A DNA stretch of 64,000 nt. Origin: Phoronis australis (Eukaryota; Animalia; Phoronida). The position numbers and the translations under genes are program-made. Positions 39,401-50,159 of this stretch are shown piece by piece. The notes under the pieces were generated by a model that worked only from the letters and a program-made list of their open reading frames with translations, made no database searches and was not told where the DNA came from. Each line of letters opens with the position of its first letter. The first letter of the stretch is position 1. The stretch spans positions 307,464 to 371,463 of the forward strand of contig NMRA01000183.1 of NCBI GenBank assembly GCA_002633005.1, given 5' to 3'.

Positions 39401-42400
39401 GCAATGTATTGACATTCTCCTGAAAAGGGACATTTAATGATTTGATCCAAAACCTGTGCTGCCGCCTGCTGATACAGCTAGTGCTTGTTTGAATGACAAA
39501 ACCAAAAACGAGACCAAAACCTCCTCGCTGCCACGATGTGGATAAGGGGTTTCCGCTGAGACGGGCGGGTTTCCCCACGACAGGCAATTAACTCAACCAA
39601 AGGGTTAAGTCACACCACCTGAGTCTTCAACTGTAATCGAAACGTTTGAGAGCTACATAGGGATATGATAATTTGCATTCAAGGCATTCCTCCATATAAT
39701 CATAATCAGTACATGCAACAAATAAGCTGAATCCATGTTTGATGTACATTATGCACGTCACTGACAATCACACTAACAGATTTTGCAACCTACTTTCACA
39801 TTTGTACTGATGTTTCATATAACCCGCTTTGCATCTGCACTTTCTCAACAGGATGTCGCAAAATGCATTTTCCGGGCACATGCTCCCTCCCATTTCACAG
39901 GATTTCTCCATTTCTGTAATATGTTAATACAAATTCGATGTGCATTAATTTTTAATATAACGACAAGCAATGGCGAATTGAACACCTATATCCGTAACAT
40001 TACCGGGATTTTCCGCATATTTGAAGACCACTCGATGACACGCCCATGGGCATTTATTTAGAAACATTATGCCAAATAAATGCCTTTTGCGTTTATTTGG
40101 TGGTAAAAATTCTGCTGTCAAATGCCCAGATAGTGTGGAGTTTATTCGGAAATTTCCTCTTAGAAGTCCAACTTTTGGTCACAGATTGAGTTTTGTGGAG
40201 CATTTATGATTCATAAAAACGAACAAAGTGTTGGCGAACCTGAAGGGCTGTTTCACTTACAAAAATACATATCGCGCTTAATGATGGCATTTGCTTAGCC
40301 AAAGCTACGACTTTCCGTTTACACGCCTCTCTTTTCAGAATTAACGTACGGGCGTTTATTTTATGTAAGTAAAACACCTGATTTTTTCATTTTCCGATTG
40401 TACGCCCATTGGCTTATCCGCAGAAAATCCCGGTAGCTATGCTTTGACGTGATTCTCAGACAGCTAATGATGTCAAACTGGAATTTTGCAATAGGAATTT
40501 CTAAATCTAACACAATACTTAAGTACTTAAACTAATTTGCACGAAGGACAGATATATGTTAATTTAAGCAGACTACCCTTTGGTGTACTTGTTGATTTGC
40601 TTAACAAACATTTACCTAAATACCCTGGTACGTTGTTCATGATTTTCAGCCAGTGGGATTTTTTTCTTCTCAATATGATGTATGAGTGTTTAAATGTATT
40701 GAATTCGCGAAAAACAGTAACTTGCGAAAAAATTGATGCTCAACTATAATTGTAAGAAACTCCGAAACCACCCAGATTTTCCCCCTGATTTAGAGGTTTG
40801 TGTTCATTCCTCCAGGCTGTTTTTGTAAAGTACGGCAAGATCAGCGAATTCCTCATGTGCTACAGACAAAGCACGTGATTTAAATAGCTCTGACTCGTAT
40901 TTTACTTTACGGAACGAGACGTTCTGCTTTTTCTCTTCCTTACCCATGATGCACTTGTTATTGGCTTTCAGTGAGTAACCCGGAACACAGCCACATTTGA
41001 AAGACCCTATAGTGTTGGTACACGTCCCTTTATGTTGGTCACATTTGTTGATGCTGGGGTCCCTACATTCGTCGACGTCTGGAATAATCAGTATAAATCT
41101 TGAATAGAAATGACACTGAAATGTAGCAATAGTAGCAATTTACAACACCAGCATGTCTTCGGATTGACATGTGACGAAGTTACGTAAATTATATTACCTT
41201 CACATCTTGTTTCATCGCCAATGAAACCACTTTTGCACTTGCACGTGAAGTTCCCAGGAGTGTTAATGCAGTCTGCATAAGCGGGGCAACTGCTGTCGTC
41301 TTGGCACTCGTCAATATCTTAATTAAAATAGAACTTGGTTTACTGCGAAATATACGAATTGTTGATAAGAGGAAAACACAACTAAGCGAACCTTTGAGGA
41401 GACAAATTTGATTGGTTCACCTCCTACGCTGCGTCACTTACAAACACGTACAAGTTGTAACAGGTTACTACACAGTTTTACATAGACACGCTCGGTCGGC
41501 ATTGCTGACCCAAATTGACTCAATACAGAAGTTGTGTCAATTTGGGCCAGCACAGTGTTGCTTCGATATGTAGTCTATATTCGTAGTTCTGAAAGTATCT
41601 CTTACAGACATAAAGTCATATCAAAGCAAAATATCAGCGTTACTGTTTTTGTACGTTAAATTTGTAAAAATAACACGTTTGTGAATAGACAAGATCTCGA
41701 CGGTTTGAAAACGTCAACTTTTGTTCTTATAACTATTTACCTCACTAGACGTCTTACTTCCCTAAATAGTTCACGGAATAAGTTATAGCATTGACCATTT
41801 TCATTCATTACTTCTGAAAATTTCAAAAATAATCCAAGTACTGAAAAGAAGTGGCTAAAGTCGTCTCCATCTTTATATTTCCACGCTGATATCGACTCAG
41901 CAATCACTAAAACCACGGAAATTTGCATATATATTCTAGTAAGACAATGCAAAAGCGACATCAGAAAATTATCTGACTCGTTTTACTACTAGCAAATTTA
42001 CACTAACAATAGAAAGAACAACTACTTTTGTTGCTGCTTCCGCTATTTGAAGTAAAAGTATTTCCACTAATTTAACACTCACCACATTACATTGCCAAGT
42101 ATAAAATTCAATTTTCGTTTTAGCAATGATTTGAGAGGTCATAGCACTCTCAAAGGTTCTATGACGAGATGAACTTTCTAACTGGCATCTTCTGGCAGGA
42201 AATGAACTTTTCTTGTGTCCTGCATGATAGTTTGCGAATGGAACGATTCCCCCAGTCGCTGAACAGGTCCCTGAGATATTGTGATATTGTTTAAACGGAA
42301 ATAGTCAAGTTCATTATTACATATACATGGCAAATTCCTTATCCACAAACCCTCTACCAGTGCATGTGTAAACTCCTTACCTAAACACTCTCTACCAGGG

Positions 42401-45400
42401 CCTGTGTAACCAGGATTGCAAATACATTTGAATCCACCAAGCGTGTTGATGCATTGGGCCTTTGGATCACAACGCGTCGGACTCAGACACTCATTGACGT
42501 CTGTTAATTGAAGAAAATCTGATATAGTAACAACTTATATCATGCGCCCACCCAGGGGGGGGGGGGCTCGGACGAGCGCCCCTCCCCCACCCACCCAATT
42601 GGCAAAGTGGGCAAAAAGGTCCGCATCCGAGAGACAAAAAGTCCGAGAAAATGGGAGAAATGTCCACTAAACAAGCGCAATCGCGCAATTCACAGAGGTG
42701 CTCCTGTTCTTTTTTTCTTTTTTTTTTAGTCCGCCCGCTCTTTTGTTGGCAAATGGTCCACAACGTCGAAGGCTGGCTGCGCGCAGGAATATGACACTAC
42801 TGATTTGATTTCATGACCAGAAAACACTCACCGCTTGTTCAACGGTAGATGAATATGCGACACGTTTTAGGGTTCGCTTAATTCCAGCAAATTTAAAGAC
42901 TTGTACCCAATAATTCTCGGTGTTGCGCACAAATTGGCCGCTCATCTAAATCCTCAATCAATCTGCTGTTCATAAAACCTATGATTCAGGGAGGTTAGTG
43001 ACGAGTTTGCATTTGTGTCGGCAAAAGACACAATTGTAGACCAACTCTGCCTAATAATCGCCTTCGGTGATTTTAGGGGTAAATTACACTTGTGATTAAA
43101 TGCGAAGCCTAAAATTGGCAAACAATCTACAATTAACATTGAAAAATCCCAGTGCCTGAAATTTCCCAATACAAAACTGCTTCGACTGTGCATCCACTAC
43201 TATATCGTCATAAATGTACAGCGACAAGGTGTGTTTCATCATGTCGTGGCGTGTGTGGACCTCTGATTTGTACATTTGCAGCTAATTAAGGGCCCTAAAA
43301 GTATCTTTTTGTTTGGTTCATGAGATAGCATGGGATCTTTTAAGTGAGACATGCATTGCAGACTTGTGTGTAATGCGTCGACAAAATGTGCGATACCTTG
43401 TCTGTCGGCACTCGATTCTCGAACATCACGAACACGACCATAGAATAAGAAGCGTTCTCGGTGCTCAGCGGTACGCTTCACCTGACTGGACATTTAGTGA
43501 TACCGTAAATGCTACAGAGATGAACTTCATGTCATTGAACATTTAGTGATACTGTACATGTTCAAGGATAAGCTTCATCTGATGGAACATTTAGTGATAC
43601 TGTACATGTTCAAGGATAAGCTTCATCTGATGGAACATTTAGTGTTACAGTACATGTTCAAGGATAAGCTTCATCTGATGGAACATTTAGTGTTACAGTA
43701 CATGTTCAAGGATAAGCTTCATCTGATGGAACATTTAGTGATACTGTACATGTTCAAGGATAAGCTTCATCTGATGGAACATTTAGTGATACTGTATAAG
43801 AGGAAATCTGCTTTACCACTTAAGTAAAGTATTTACCTGTACAGTTTCGTCCGTCACCTTGATATCCCGCTCTGCAAACACACATAATGCCGATTGTTGA
43901 GTTGAAGCAGTCCGCCCTCGCGTGACAGTTGTTTGTTCCCGTGCATTTTCCACCATCTGCATATCCAAAAGTTATTTATAAAAAGTGCACCTTGGTTAAC
44001 CATAAAGTTATCCTATTCGGTACATCTTACCTCAGAAATGGCTCATTGCATTCCCTTAAAACTTTCAGATAAAATTTTACACATTGTTCCTAACAACTAG
44101 AAGGAATTGTTTTTAAACTTCTCGCATTGGCATTAGGGGCTATGCTGTGATTGATTGCCCAATTCTACATAGTGCAATGTATATATCGACCAACAAATGC
44201 TCGTAGTTCGTGACCAGCCAACTACCATAACATTGGATAGTGAAACTTGTTGTCCGTGGCTTTGTTTTGTCTGGTTAAGTCGAGTTTTCTGAGTTTTTGT
44301 CGTGTTTGGTGGTTGGTTAGCGGGATTTGTGAGCCGGGTTTATAAGACTGTTTATGAATGCAATATCAAAAGCTGAGGTGGACTGATAACGAGCTGTAAG
44401 ATCTTGTCGAGGCTCTAAAAGCGCTTTTGATCTAAGTGAGGAACAGATTGAGGGCGCTCAGTAAAACCCTGGCTCGGAGGTCGTTACCCGTACTGGCTAT
44501 AAGCTAAATTTATGTAGTTGTACTGTAGATATAAATAGAATGGCAGTAATTTCGGTTTTGATGAGGACTGCATTAGTTAAATACTTATGATGCCATAATG
44601 ATTTCGTCTGGCATCAACAAGCTCCCCGCTTGTCACCGCAGCACCACTTTCTCCGTCACAATTTTACCTCATCCAACCATACTGGCCACACCGTATCACA
44701 ACTCAACACGTCCATTACATCACCTTCGGCGTACCGAGATCCCTGAAGTCACATCACCATCTTCGCCACCACCATCACTCATTGCAACACCACATACTTA
44801 TCACTGCATTCTCATCGCCACGGCTTCAACATAGCTCACAACCCTCCCAAGATGACAATAAAATTCTATCGTCGCCCCCGACCTTCACCATCAGCACATC
44901 ACCATATCGACCATACATTTCGCGGCGACACTGTAGGGTGTCAGGTTACATCAAATTGAGGAGGCGGTGTGACCTAGTTTGATAGGTGCCTGCTTTCTTT
45001 ACTCGAGGTCGTGGGTTCGAGTCCCACTGCGTCACCAGTGGCGGATTTAGAGGGGTGCCAAGGAGGACACGCCCCCTGAAATTCTACCAGATTCCATTTC
45101 GCAGTTCAGTCGTGGGTGCGATTGTCTGACGGCAAAATCCTGGCTAATACTCTGCCCTGGCCGCCCCCTCTAACACAAAATCCTGGATGCGCCCCTCGTC
45201 ACACTGCTAACCCTTGAGTCAGTTTTCTAGCTCCTCAGCTCGGTTTTAACTTTGTATTAATAAAGATTAAAAATGGTTCCATGTGGTCAGTGTAATGGGC
45301 CCAGATGCGCGGCCTGCGCACGTCTGGTACAAGGTGTATCAGGTCGCCTGCAATTTTTAATACTACATCTCAAATTTTGACCTCCCATTTGTTGGTCAAC

Positions 45401-47158
45401 CTATTTGTTCGAAAACCTACGTATCAATCCGACAGCACACCTTGTACTAGCCCGAAATGGGTCGTCTGGCGCATGGTTCATTTATCGGTGAATGGAATTT
45501 CGTACCAAAGGCAATCGTAGAAATAGAAATCTTTCCGACAAATGAATTTAAGACTACAAAACTTTCGGAATAATGGATTTTCATACTAAAGGACTGTCGG
45601 AAAATTGGGAGGTATCCATTACACCCTTCCCCACCACCTTCACAACATCAATATCACCACTACCGAAACATATCCCCACTTCAGCAGCATTAAAAAGCCT
45701 CACAATCACCATAGAGCACCACAGTGTCAGTCCAGTCCGCTGTCACATTGCCGTCACCACTCTACTATCAATTACAACATTTTCAATACAGCACTACAGC
45801 ACTGCAGCGCAGTCCTTGCAAGACCATGTCATTTAAAATTCTTTTTAAGAGCTGTAACATAATCATTACGTACAAAATTAAAGATGTTCTCACCGGGTCT
45901 GCATAATCTGTCAGGTTGAATAACGTATCCTTGTTTACAACCGCAGGTGTAACTTCCATTGCTGTTGGTGCATGTTCCTCTGTCGGGGTCACAGTTGTTG
46001 AGGTTGGGGTCTATGCACTCGTTAATATCTTTAACAATAAGAACAATGTAACACAGTGGCAGGCCGTGTCACTCGTTTTCAGAAATCCCGAGCGTTTCTT
46101 AATGACGGGGTTAGCTGGAAATGGAAACTTCGATCAAGAACATGCCAATAATGACGTCATTTACAGGTACAGTTGGAACAGCATCTTCAGCCCATATTCT
46201 GGTTTTTCAAATTACATTTTCGTAACCGATTCGACTCTCTAATGCCGCTAAAGCTATCATACTGGGCAATGCACGTGTATCAGGTAAGCAGGTGCATGTA
46301 AGACTGTTGAAATAAAAGTCTACTCGGTTAAAATAACACGGGAAACCATGAGGTCGTACTATAAATTCACCATACACTGCATTGGCATATTGCTTGCTAA
46401 AGTTGCCGCAGCAGTTATGATGACATGTAACCATTTTAAAGACATGCGTGTTGAGTTGTTAAATAGGTTTCGTTAATTATCTATTAAAAACAGTGTGGGA
46501 TGCTGAACACGCTGTTTGTTTATCACTTTTGCTAGTATTCTGTACATAATGAACAATACGAAGAGATGCCCAATCTGTAGGCTAAGGTTTGCATCACTCG
46601 GCCGCTTCTGGTACGCCCTAACACAAGCAAAGTATACCTGACGATTGAGCTTAAACGTAGCCGTACCAAGTGGTCATCAACCATGAATTAAAAATGAAAC
46701 CCATCCACGCACGCGCAATTATGTTGTTTTGAGGTTTTGTACTTGTTTCATAATTGATTTACGGTATTTTCATGACGAGTCACGAGTCAGGTTGTAATCG
46801 ACTAGACTGCTAGAAACTAGTCCAGACGACTTGTTAGGTATTTCTCAAACTGTGGATGAACATACTAGGCCTACATGTATACTTGACAGTGTGCAAGACA
46901 TTTTGACGATCACCCAAGAATTAAATAGGTCAGTGGTAATTTATGAAAATGAAGTACACGTTGTATTGCACCTACAGATAGACTCATCGATTTCAGAAAA
47001 AACGCAGCATTTTATAATTCATTAGAAATACATACCGATGCAGAAATCCTTGTCGTTAAGAAATCCTTGTTTACATATACATTCGCTTGTGTTCCTGTTG
47101 CAAAAGGCATTCGATTGACACAGCGTCCCTCCCTTTGAACAGTGAATGTTCGACGGAT
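12224..47158 (-). CDS. Gene B: multi-exon EGF-like-repeat protein with Ca-binding EGFs and C-terminal chitin-binding type-2-like domain (23 coding exons found; start exon uncertain)
   Basis: All exons have AG/GT boundaries, are phase 1-1 and stop-free. Order: 1 GG-module, 5 EGF/cbEGF, 16 GG-modules, terminal ChtBD2-like exon with stop. Confidence 0.85.
12846..12986 (-). CDS. Gene B EGF-like module exon
   Basis: 141 nt; AVSTVPCSTGGTKCQENAVCDVELKKCSCKDGYVETNGKCVERTQSK|gtaag. Confidence 0.85.
15235..15310 (-). ncRNA. Hammerhead-ribozyme-like motif with swapped core order in the HERO 3' UTR
   Basis: AUGGUC^UUGGU ... GAAACCAU ... ACCAA-CUGAAGA. Stem III (AUGGU/ACCAU), stem I (UUGGU/ACCAA) and an extra helix CCUACU/AGUAGG are all Watson-Crick; canonical stem II is not evident. 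Confidence 0.6.
15816..16236. other. Assembly gap (N run)
   Basis: Run of n. Confidence 1.
16830..16952 (-). CDS. Gene B EGF-like module exon (A type)
   Basis: 123 nt; ESIVPCESGGWKCPSQKVCNTKTRTCDCKSGYVIYNGKCE. Confidence 0.85.
17229..17351 (-). CDS. Gene B EGF-like module exon (B type)
   Basis: 123 nt; ISTVPCEFGGRRCPVNAVCNTTSKECRCLIGYVKYDGKCE. Confidence 0.85.
18828..19093. mobile_element. Kolobok-type MITE
   Basis: TTAA flanks; TIR aggggaaatcagacattttgatg / catcaaaaacggttgctttcccc. Confidence 0.55.
19320..19442 (-). CDS. Gene B EGF-like module exon (B type)
   Basis: 123 nt; DIWVVPCKSGGRKCPENGVCDITRKECQCKVGYVKYNGKCE. Confidence 0.85.
20141..20263 (-). CDS. Gene B EGF-like module exon (A type)
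   Basis: 123 nt; ESIVPCESGGWKCPSQKVCNTKTRTCDCKPGYVMYKGKCE. Confidence 0.85.
20539..20661 (-). CDS. Gene B EGF-like module exon (B type)
   Basis: 123 nt; EISTVPCEFGGRTCPVNAVCNTTSQQCRCLVGYVKYDGKCE. Confidence 0.85.
22204..22326 (-). CDS. Gene B EGF-like module exon (A type)
   Basis: 123 nt; ESMVACESGGLKCPSPKVCITKTRTCDCKSGYVLYNGTCE. Confidence 0.85.
22425..23734 (+). mobile_element. Kolobok DNA transposon deletion derivative with THAP relic
   Basis: TTAA TSD at 22421-22424 and 23735-23738; ~250-bp TIRs starting aggcgaaggcaacc; THAP motifs CCVPGC, FPKD, VCGKHF, RLKKGTIPSL. Confidence 0.85.
24776..24898 (-). CDS. Gene B EGF-like module exon (B type)
   Basis: 123 nt; DIWIVPCEFGGRNCPVNGVCNTTRKECRCLEDYVKYKGNCE. 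Confidence 0.85.
25558..25994. mobile_element. MITE copy, same family as 40001-40436 (opposite orientation)
   Basis: Shared gattttc.g..gata.gcc..tgg(g)cgt... and acgcccatgggc.tttatt segments. Confidence 0.6.
26786..26908 (-). CDS. Gene B EGF-like module exon (A type)
   Basis: 123 nt; ESMVACESGGLKCPSLKVCNSKARTCDCISGYVIYNDTCK. Confidence 0.85.
28366..28488 (-). CDS. Gene B EGF-like module exon (B type)
   Basis: 123 nt; DIWVVPCSSGGRKCPVNEVCNTTRKECKCKVGYLKYNGKCE. Confidence 0.85.
29923..30045 (-). CDS. Gene B EGF-like module exon (A type)
   Basis: 123 nt; ESTVPCETGGLKCSSSKVCNTKTRTCDCKPGYIIHKGKCE. Confidence 0.85.
30523..30645 (-). CDS. Gene B EGF-like module exon (B type)
   Basis: 123 nt; EVWTLPCELGGMKCPVSSVCNTTQKQCKCKAGYIRYNGTCT. 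Confidence 0.85.
30800..30922 (-). CDS. Gene B EGF-like module exon
   Basis: 123 nt; VTTVPCESGGQSCPENAGCNINSKMCVCKAGYVVFHDECT. Confidence 0.85.
32139..32268 (+). repeat. 5' LTR
   Basis: Identical to 36481-36610 by manual comparison. Confidence 0.95.
32412..32972 (+). pseudogene. Gypsy gag (premature stop; CCHC knuckles follow at ~33070-33165)
   Basis: WMKWLNKFEN...KKALLLHYIG...FRQAVQEPSETIDSFHTRLRTLAATCDF. Confidence 0.85.
33068..35308 (+). pseudogene. Gypsy pol (protease, RT, RNase H, integrase Zn finger)
   Basis: VDTGAS protease; RLCVDMR, FSKLDMSSAYHQ, LSND (catalytic DD altered to ND); DASPVG, YSQTDRE, TDHKPL; H-H-C-C. Confidence 0.9.
35209..36204 (+). pseudogene. Gypsy integrase core (frameshifted from pol)
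   Basis: DFAGP, VIDEYSRYP, TDNGPPF, NGEAERF. Confidence 0.9.
36481..36610 (+). repeat. 3' LTR
   Basis: Identical to 32139-32268. Confidence 0.95.
38042..38164 (-). CDS. Gene B EGF-like module exon
   Basis: 123 nt; DTSTVPCEFGGSMCVANAVCNSLKKQCICNAGYVKHQFRCD. Confidence 0.85.
38987..39109 (-). CDS. Gene B EGF-like module exon
   Basis: 123 nt; KVVVPCESGGQKCPENAVCNGVTKVCECKQGFILIKGKCE. Confidence 0.85.
39794..39913 (-). CDS. Gene B EGF-like module exon
   Basis: 120 nt; EMEKSCEMGGSMCPENAFCDILLRKCRCKAGYMKHQYKCE. Confidence 0.85.
40001..40436. mobile_element. MITE with TA-flanked TIRs (Tc1/mariner-pogo-like)
   Basis: taccgggattttc ... gaaaatcccggta. Confidence 0.65.
40944..41078 (-). CDS. Gene B Ca-binding EGF exon
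   Basis: 135 nt; DVDECRDPSINKCDQHKGTCTNTIGSFKCGCVPGYSLKANNKCIM. Confidence 0.9.
41198..41317 (-). CDS. Gene B Ca-binding EGF exon
   Basis: 120 nt; DIDECQDDSSCPAYADCINTPGNFTCKCKSGFIGDETRCE. Confidence 0.9.
42381..42500 (-). CDS. Gene B Ca-binding EGF exon
   Basis: 120 nt; DVNECLSPTRCDPKAQCINTLGGFKCICNPGYTGPGRECL. Confidence 0.9.
43538..43796. repeat. 48-bp minisatellite, ~5.4 copies
   Basis: Unit gaacatttagtg(a/t)tac(t/a)gtacatgttcaaggataagcttcatctgatg. Confidence 0.95.
43837..43956 (-). CDS. Gene B EGF exon
   Basis: 120 nt; DGGKCTGTNNCHARADCFNSTIGIMCVCRAGYQGDGRNCT. Confidence 0.9.
44963..45270 (+). mobile_element. tRNA-derived SINE interrupted by a MITE (45036-45196)
   Basis: A-box-like tgacctagtttg, B box ggttcgagtccc; MITE cagtggcggatt...ggatgcgcccct flanked by duplicated cgtcac. 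Confidence 0.6.
45894..46028 (-). CDS. Gene B Ca-binding EGF exon
   Basis: 135 nt; DINECIDPNLNNCDPDRGTCTNSNGSYTCGCKQGYVIQPDRLCRP. Confidence 0.9.
47036..47158 (-). CDS. Gene B EGF-like module exon (most 5' confident exon)
   Basis: 123 nt; DPSNIHCSKGGTLCQSNAFCNRNTSECICKQGFLNDKDFCI. Confidence 0.85.
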
Positions 47159-47965
47159 CTATGTAATGGATCAAAAAAAGTTTGGTTAATTAGTACCAGA
47201 GTCGATGTTATCTTCTATCACACCATGCTTTTTACATATACAACCAGCAGTCAACAGAAGACCAGGCAATCGTTTTTTGCGAAGACATGCACACACGAAC
47301 ACGCACGTACGCACGCCTTCATGCACACCAGCAACAAACATTGAATGTTCTCGTCAAATAAAATGACGAACGGGTTATTTAAAGGCTTACAGTACGACGC
47401 GTACAATTTAATAATCAGACCGATTGCAAAAAATAATTATTCGATCTATCCCTTGATGTCGTGACGTCAGTTCATTTCCAGCAGGTTCGTGTCTTCGTCT
47501 ACGGAATCTAAAAAAAGAAATTCGTGAGAGAGGTAAATAATACAACAAACTACTGGCAATTGTAGTTGAAAGGTTTGGACTGGAGTACAAGTTATAACCA
47601 AACTTTGCTATGTAATGTATGCAATCTACACAGAAATATGTGGTATACTCCCTGCCTCTGGACTGCAGATCATCTAAGTAAGTTTTGATGGTTTCTGACT
47701 ATAGCACCTTCATAAATACTTCATCTAAACCATTTTATACGTGGCCTATGATTAGTGACAATAATTGTAGTGCTATACCCGACTAGATCATCTATAAATC
47801 ATTTTTAAAATGTAACGGAACATTAAACAAGTTTTATACTCAATAGTATCTGCGCACTGCACGTCGCCATGCACTCGAAACGAACAAGAGATACATGTAC
47901 CTGGCAAACGAGATACATATACAGTGCACACGACGGATAATCAAAGCCAAGTTTTTACTCAGGCA

Positions 47966-48520
47966 AACAAATAAGTGAATTGAGCTAACAACAAGAGCAA
48001 TAATTGAGTTGATCTAACAACAAGAGCAATAAGTGGGCTGAGCTAACAACAAGATCAATAAGTAAGTTCAGCTAACAACAAGAGCAATACGTGACTTGAG
48101 CTAACAACAAGAGCAATACGTGAGTTGAGCTAACAACAAGATCAATAAGTGAGTTGAACTAACAACAAGAGTAATAAGTGAGTTGAGCAAAGAACAGGAG
48201 CAATGAGTGAGTTGAGCTAAAAACATGAGCAATAAGTGAGTTGAGCTAACAACAGGAGCAATAAGTGGGATGACCTAACAACAAGAGCAATGCAAGTGAG
48301 TTGAGCTAAGAACAGGAGCAGTAAGTGAGTTGGGCTAACAACAAGAGCAATAAAGTGAGTTGTGCTAACAACAAGAGCAATAACTGAGTTGAGCCAACAA
48401 CAAGAGCAATAAGTGAGTTGAGCTAACAACAAGAGCAATAAGAGAGATGAGCTAACAACAGGAGCTATAAGTGAGTTGAGCTAACAACATATGCAATAAG
48501 TGTATTGAGCTAACAACAAC
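47966..48520. repeat. 29-bp minisatellite (~19 copies)
   Basis: Unit aataagtgagttgagctaacaacaagagc. Confidence 0.95.
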
Positions 48521-49051
48521 ATGTCGTGAACACATCCACTAAAACAAGAAACTGTAGGAACACCGCATTTATCCACCTTCACTCTTATCAGGCTTCTATT
48601 GTAAGTCAGCATGCGTGAATAATTGGCTGATAAGCAACCTCTGGAACTACTTTGGGCTGAATGGATGACCAGGCCACAAAATGATAATTAGCCAAGACCA
48701 GTTACTATAATGCAACAAAGAATAATGTCTTGCATCACCTAGCCTTGGTGGAAAGCTGTATACTGTATTGGCCCAAACAAACGCTTAGAAAAATTCATTT
48801 CACGGGGAGGGGACGCTTATTGTAGTGAGCCTACGGCAGTTGAAACCCGGTTTCCCAAACGGGTAAAATCGGAAGATAGGATTCATCAAATTTACGCTCT
48901 GCGCATGTCGTGAACACATCCACTAAAACAAGAAACTGTAGGAACACCGCATTTATCCACCTTCACTCTTATCAGGCTTCTATTGTGAGTCAGCATGCGT
49001 GAATAATTGGCTGATAAGCCACCTCTGGAACTACTTTTGGCTGAATGGATG

Positions 49052-49096
49052 NNNNNNNNNNNNNNNNNNNNNNNNNNNNNNNNNNNNNNNNNNNNN
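49052..49096. other. Assembly gap (N run)
   Basis: Run of n. Confidence 1.
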
Positions 49097-49652
49097 GCAG
49101 ATCACATCTCGGAAATTGCCGATTTGACGGATGACAATGAATGAACACAATGAAATTAACAACGTCGTTTTACAGCTTGTAAGATTCATAATAAACGTAT
49201 TTTGAATATTGCAATGCATGTGTTCCAAAATCTAAATAACTTGGGTCCCATATTTTTGTATTAGTGCGCGCCGAATGAAAGTAATCGTGAGTGTTGCTGT
49301 GTTGCGAAATCTCTTATCCTGGGCCGATTTGAAAAAATCAAAGTTGTACTCATATTTGTTTTCGCTCCTCTTTTCAAATATTACAGTAAGAACTACGTAA
49401 AACTCTCTCCATAAAAAGTACAGTCTGCTAGCTAGATTGTAATCAGCTGATCATATCCGCATGAGCGAAGCCATTTATCCTCGCTCGTGACTCGATGACT
49501 AGAGCAGCTTGGCGGCATCCCTTTGAGCATGAGCCGAGCGCGTCTCAGCCAAGGTGGATAAACACGGTCTACTTCAATTTTCCATGCCCCACCGTTTACC
49601 TTAATCACTGGGGTTAGGACCAATCTTATTTAGTGGGAATGTTCACAGCATG

Positions 49653-49808
49653 AAGAGCAATAAGTGAGTTGAGCTAACAACAAGGGCAACAAGTGAGTTG
49701 AGCTAACAACAAGAGCAACAAGTGAGTTGAGCTAACAACAAGAGCAATAAGTGAGTTGAGAAAACAACAAGAGCAATAAGTGAGTTGAGAAAACAACAAG
49801 AGCAATAA
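49653..49808. repeat. 29-bp minisatellite, second block (~5 copies)
   Basis: Same unit as 47966-48520. Confidence 0.95.
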
Positions 49809-50159
49809 AAGCGGCTGCTGTAACTTTTGCCACAGTAACTTATTTTGGTTAAACCCTCACCGCGTTGTTCTTTCATACACACTCACTAAGAGAAATTCGA
49901 ATTAGGACTGCGCATGTCGCTAAGCAGTGGCAAAACCTAAAAATATGCATTTTCTGCTAGTGCACTATTCAACACATGGAACTTTGCGGCTTTAGAGATT
50001 GTAATGTCGTGTGGAGAAAGGAGTGAGCAAGAAGTATTGACTTTAACTTTGCTTTATTCCAGCGAGTTTTTGTCAATGCACAAGATCAAATGCATACCAT
50101 ACACATCACATTTCATATAGCTGTTTGACAAAAGCTATGCAGAAATCCATTCCAATTAA

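Noticed and set aside
42832-42945. 114-nt AG/GT-bounded segment as an extra gene B exon
   Set aside because: Has a stop in the phase-1 frame and no EGF pattern; open only in an incompatible phase.
44963-45037. tRNA gene ending in CCA
   Set aside because: D and anticodon arms are degenerate, and the CCA is created by the adjoining MITE; better explained as a SINE head.
43538-49808. 48-bp and 29-bp arrays as CRISPR arrays or repeat proteins
   Set aside because: Head-to-tail units with no unique spacers, no cas genes, eukaryotic intronic context.
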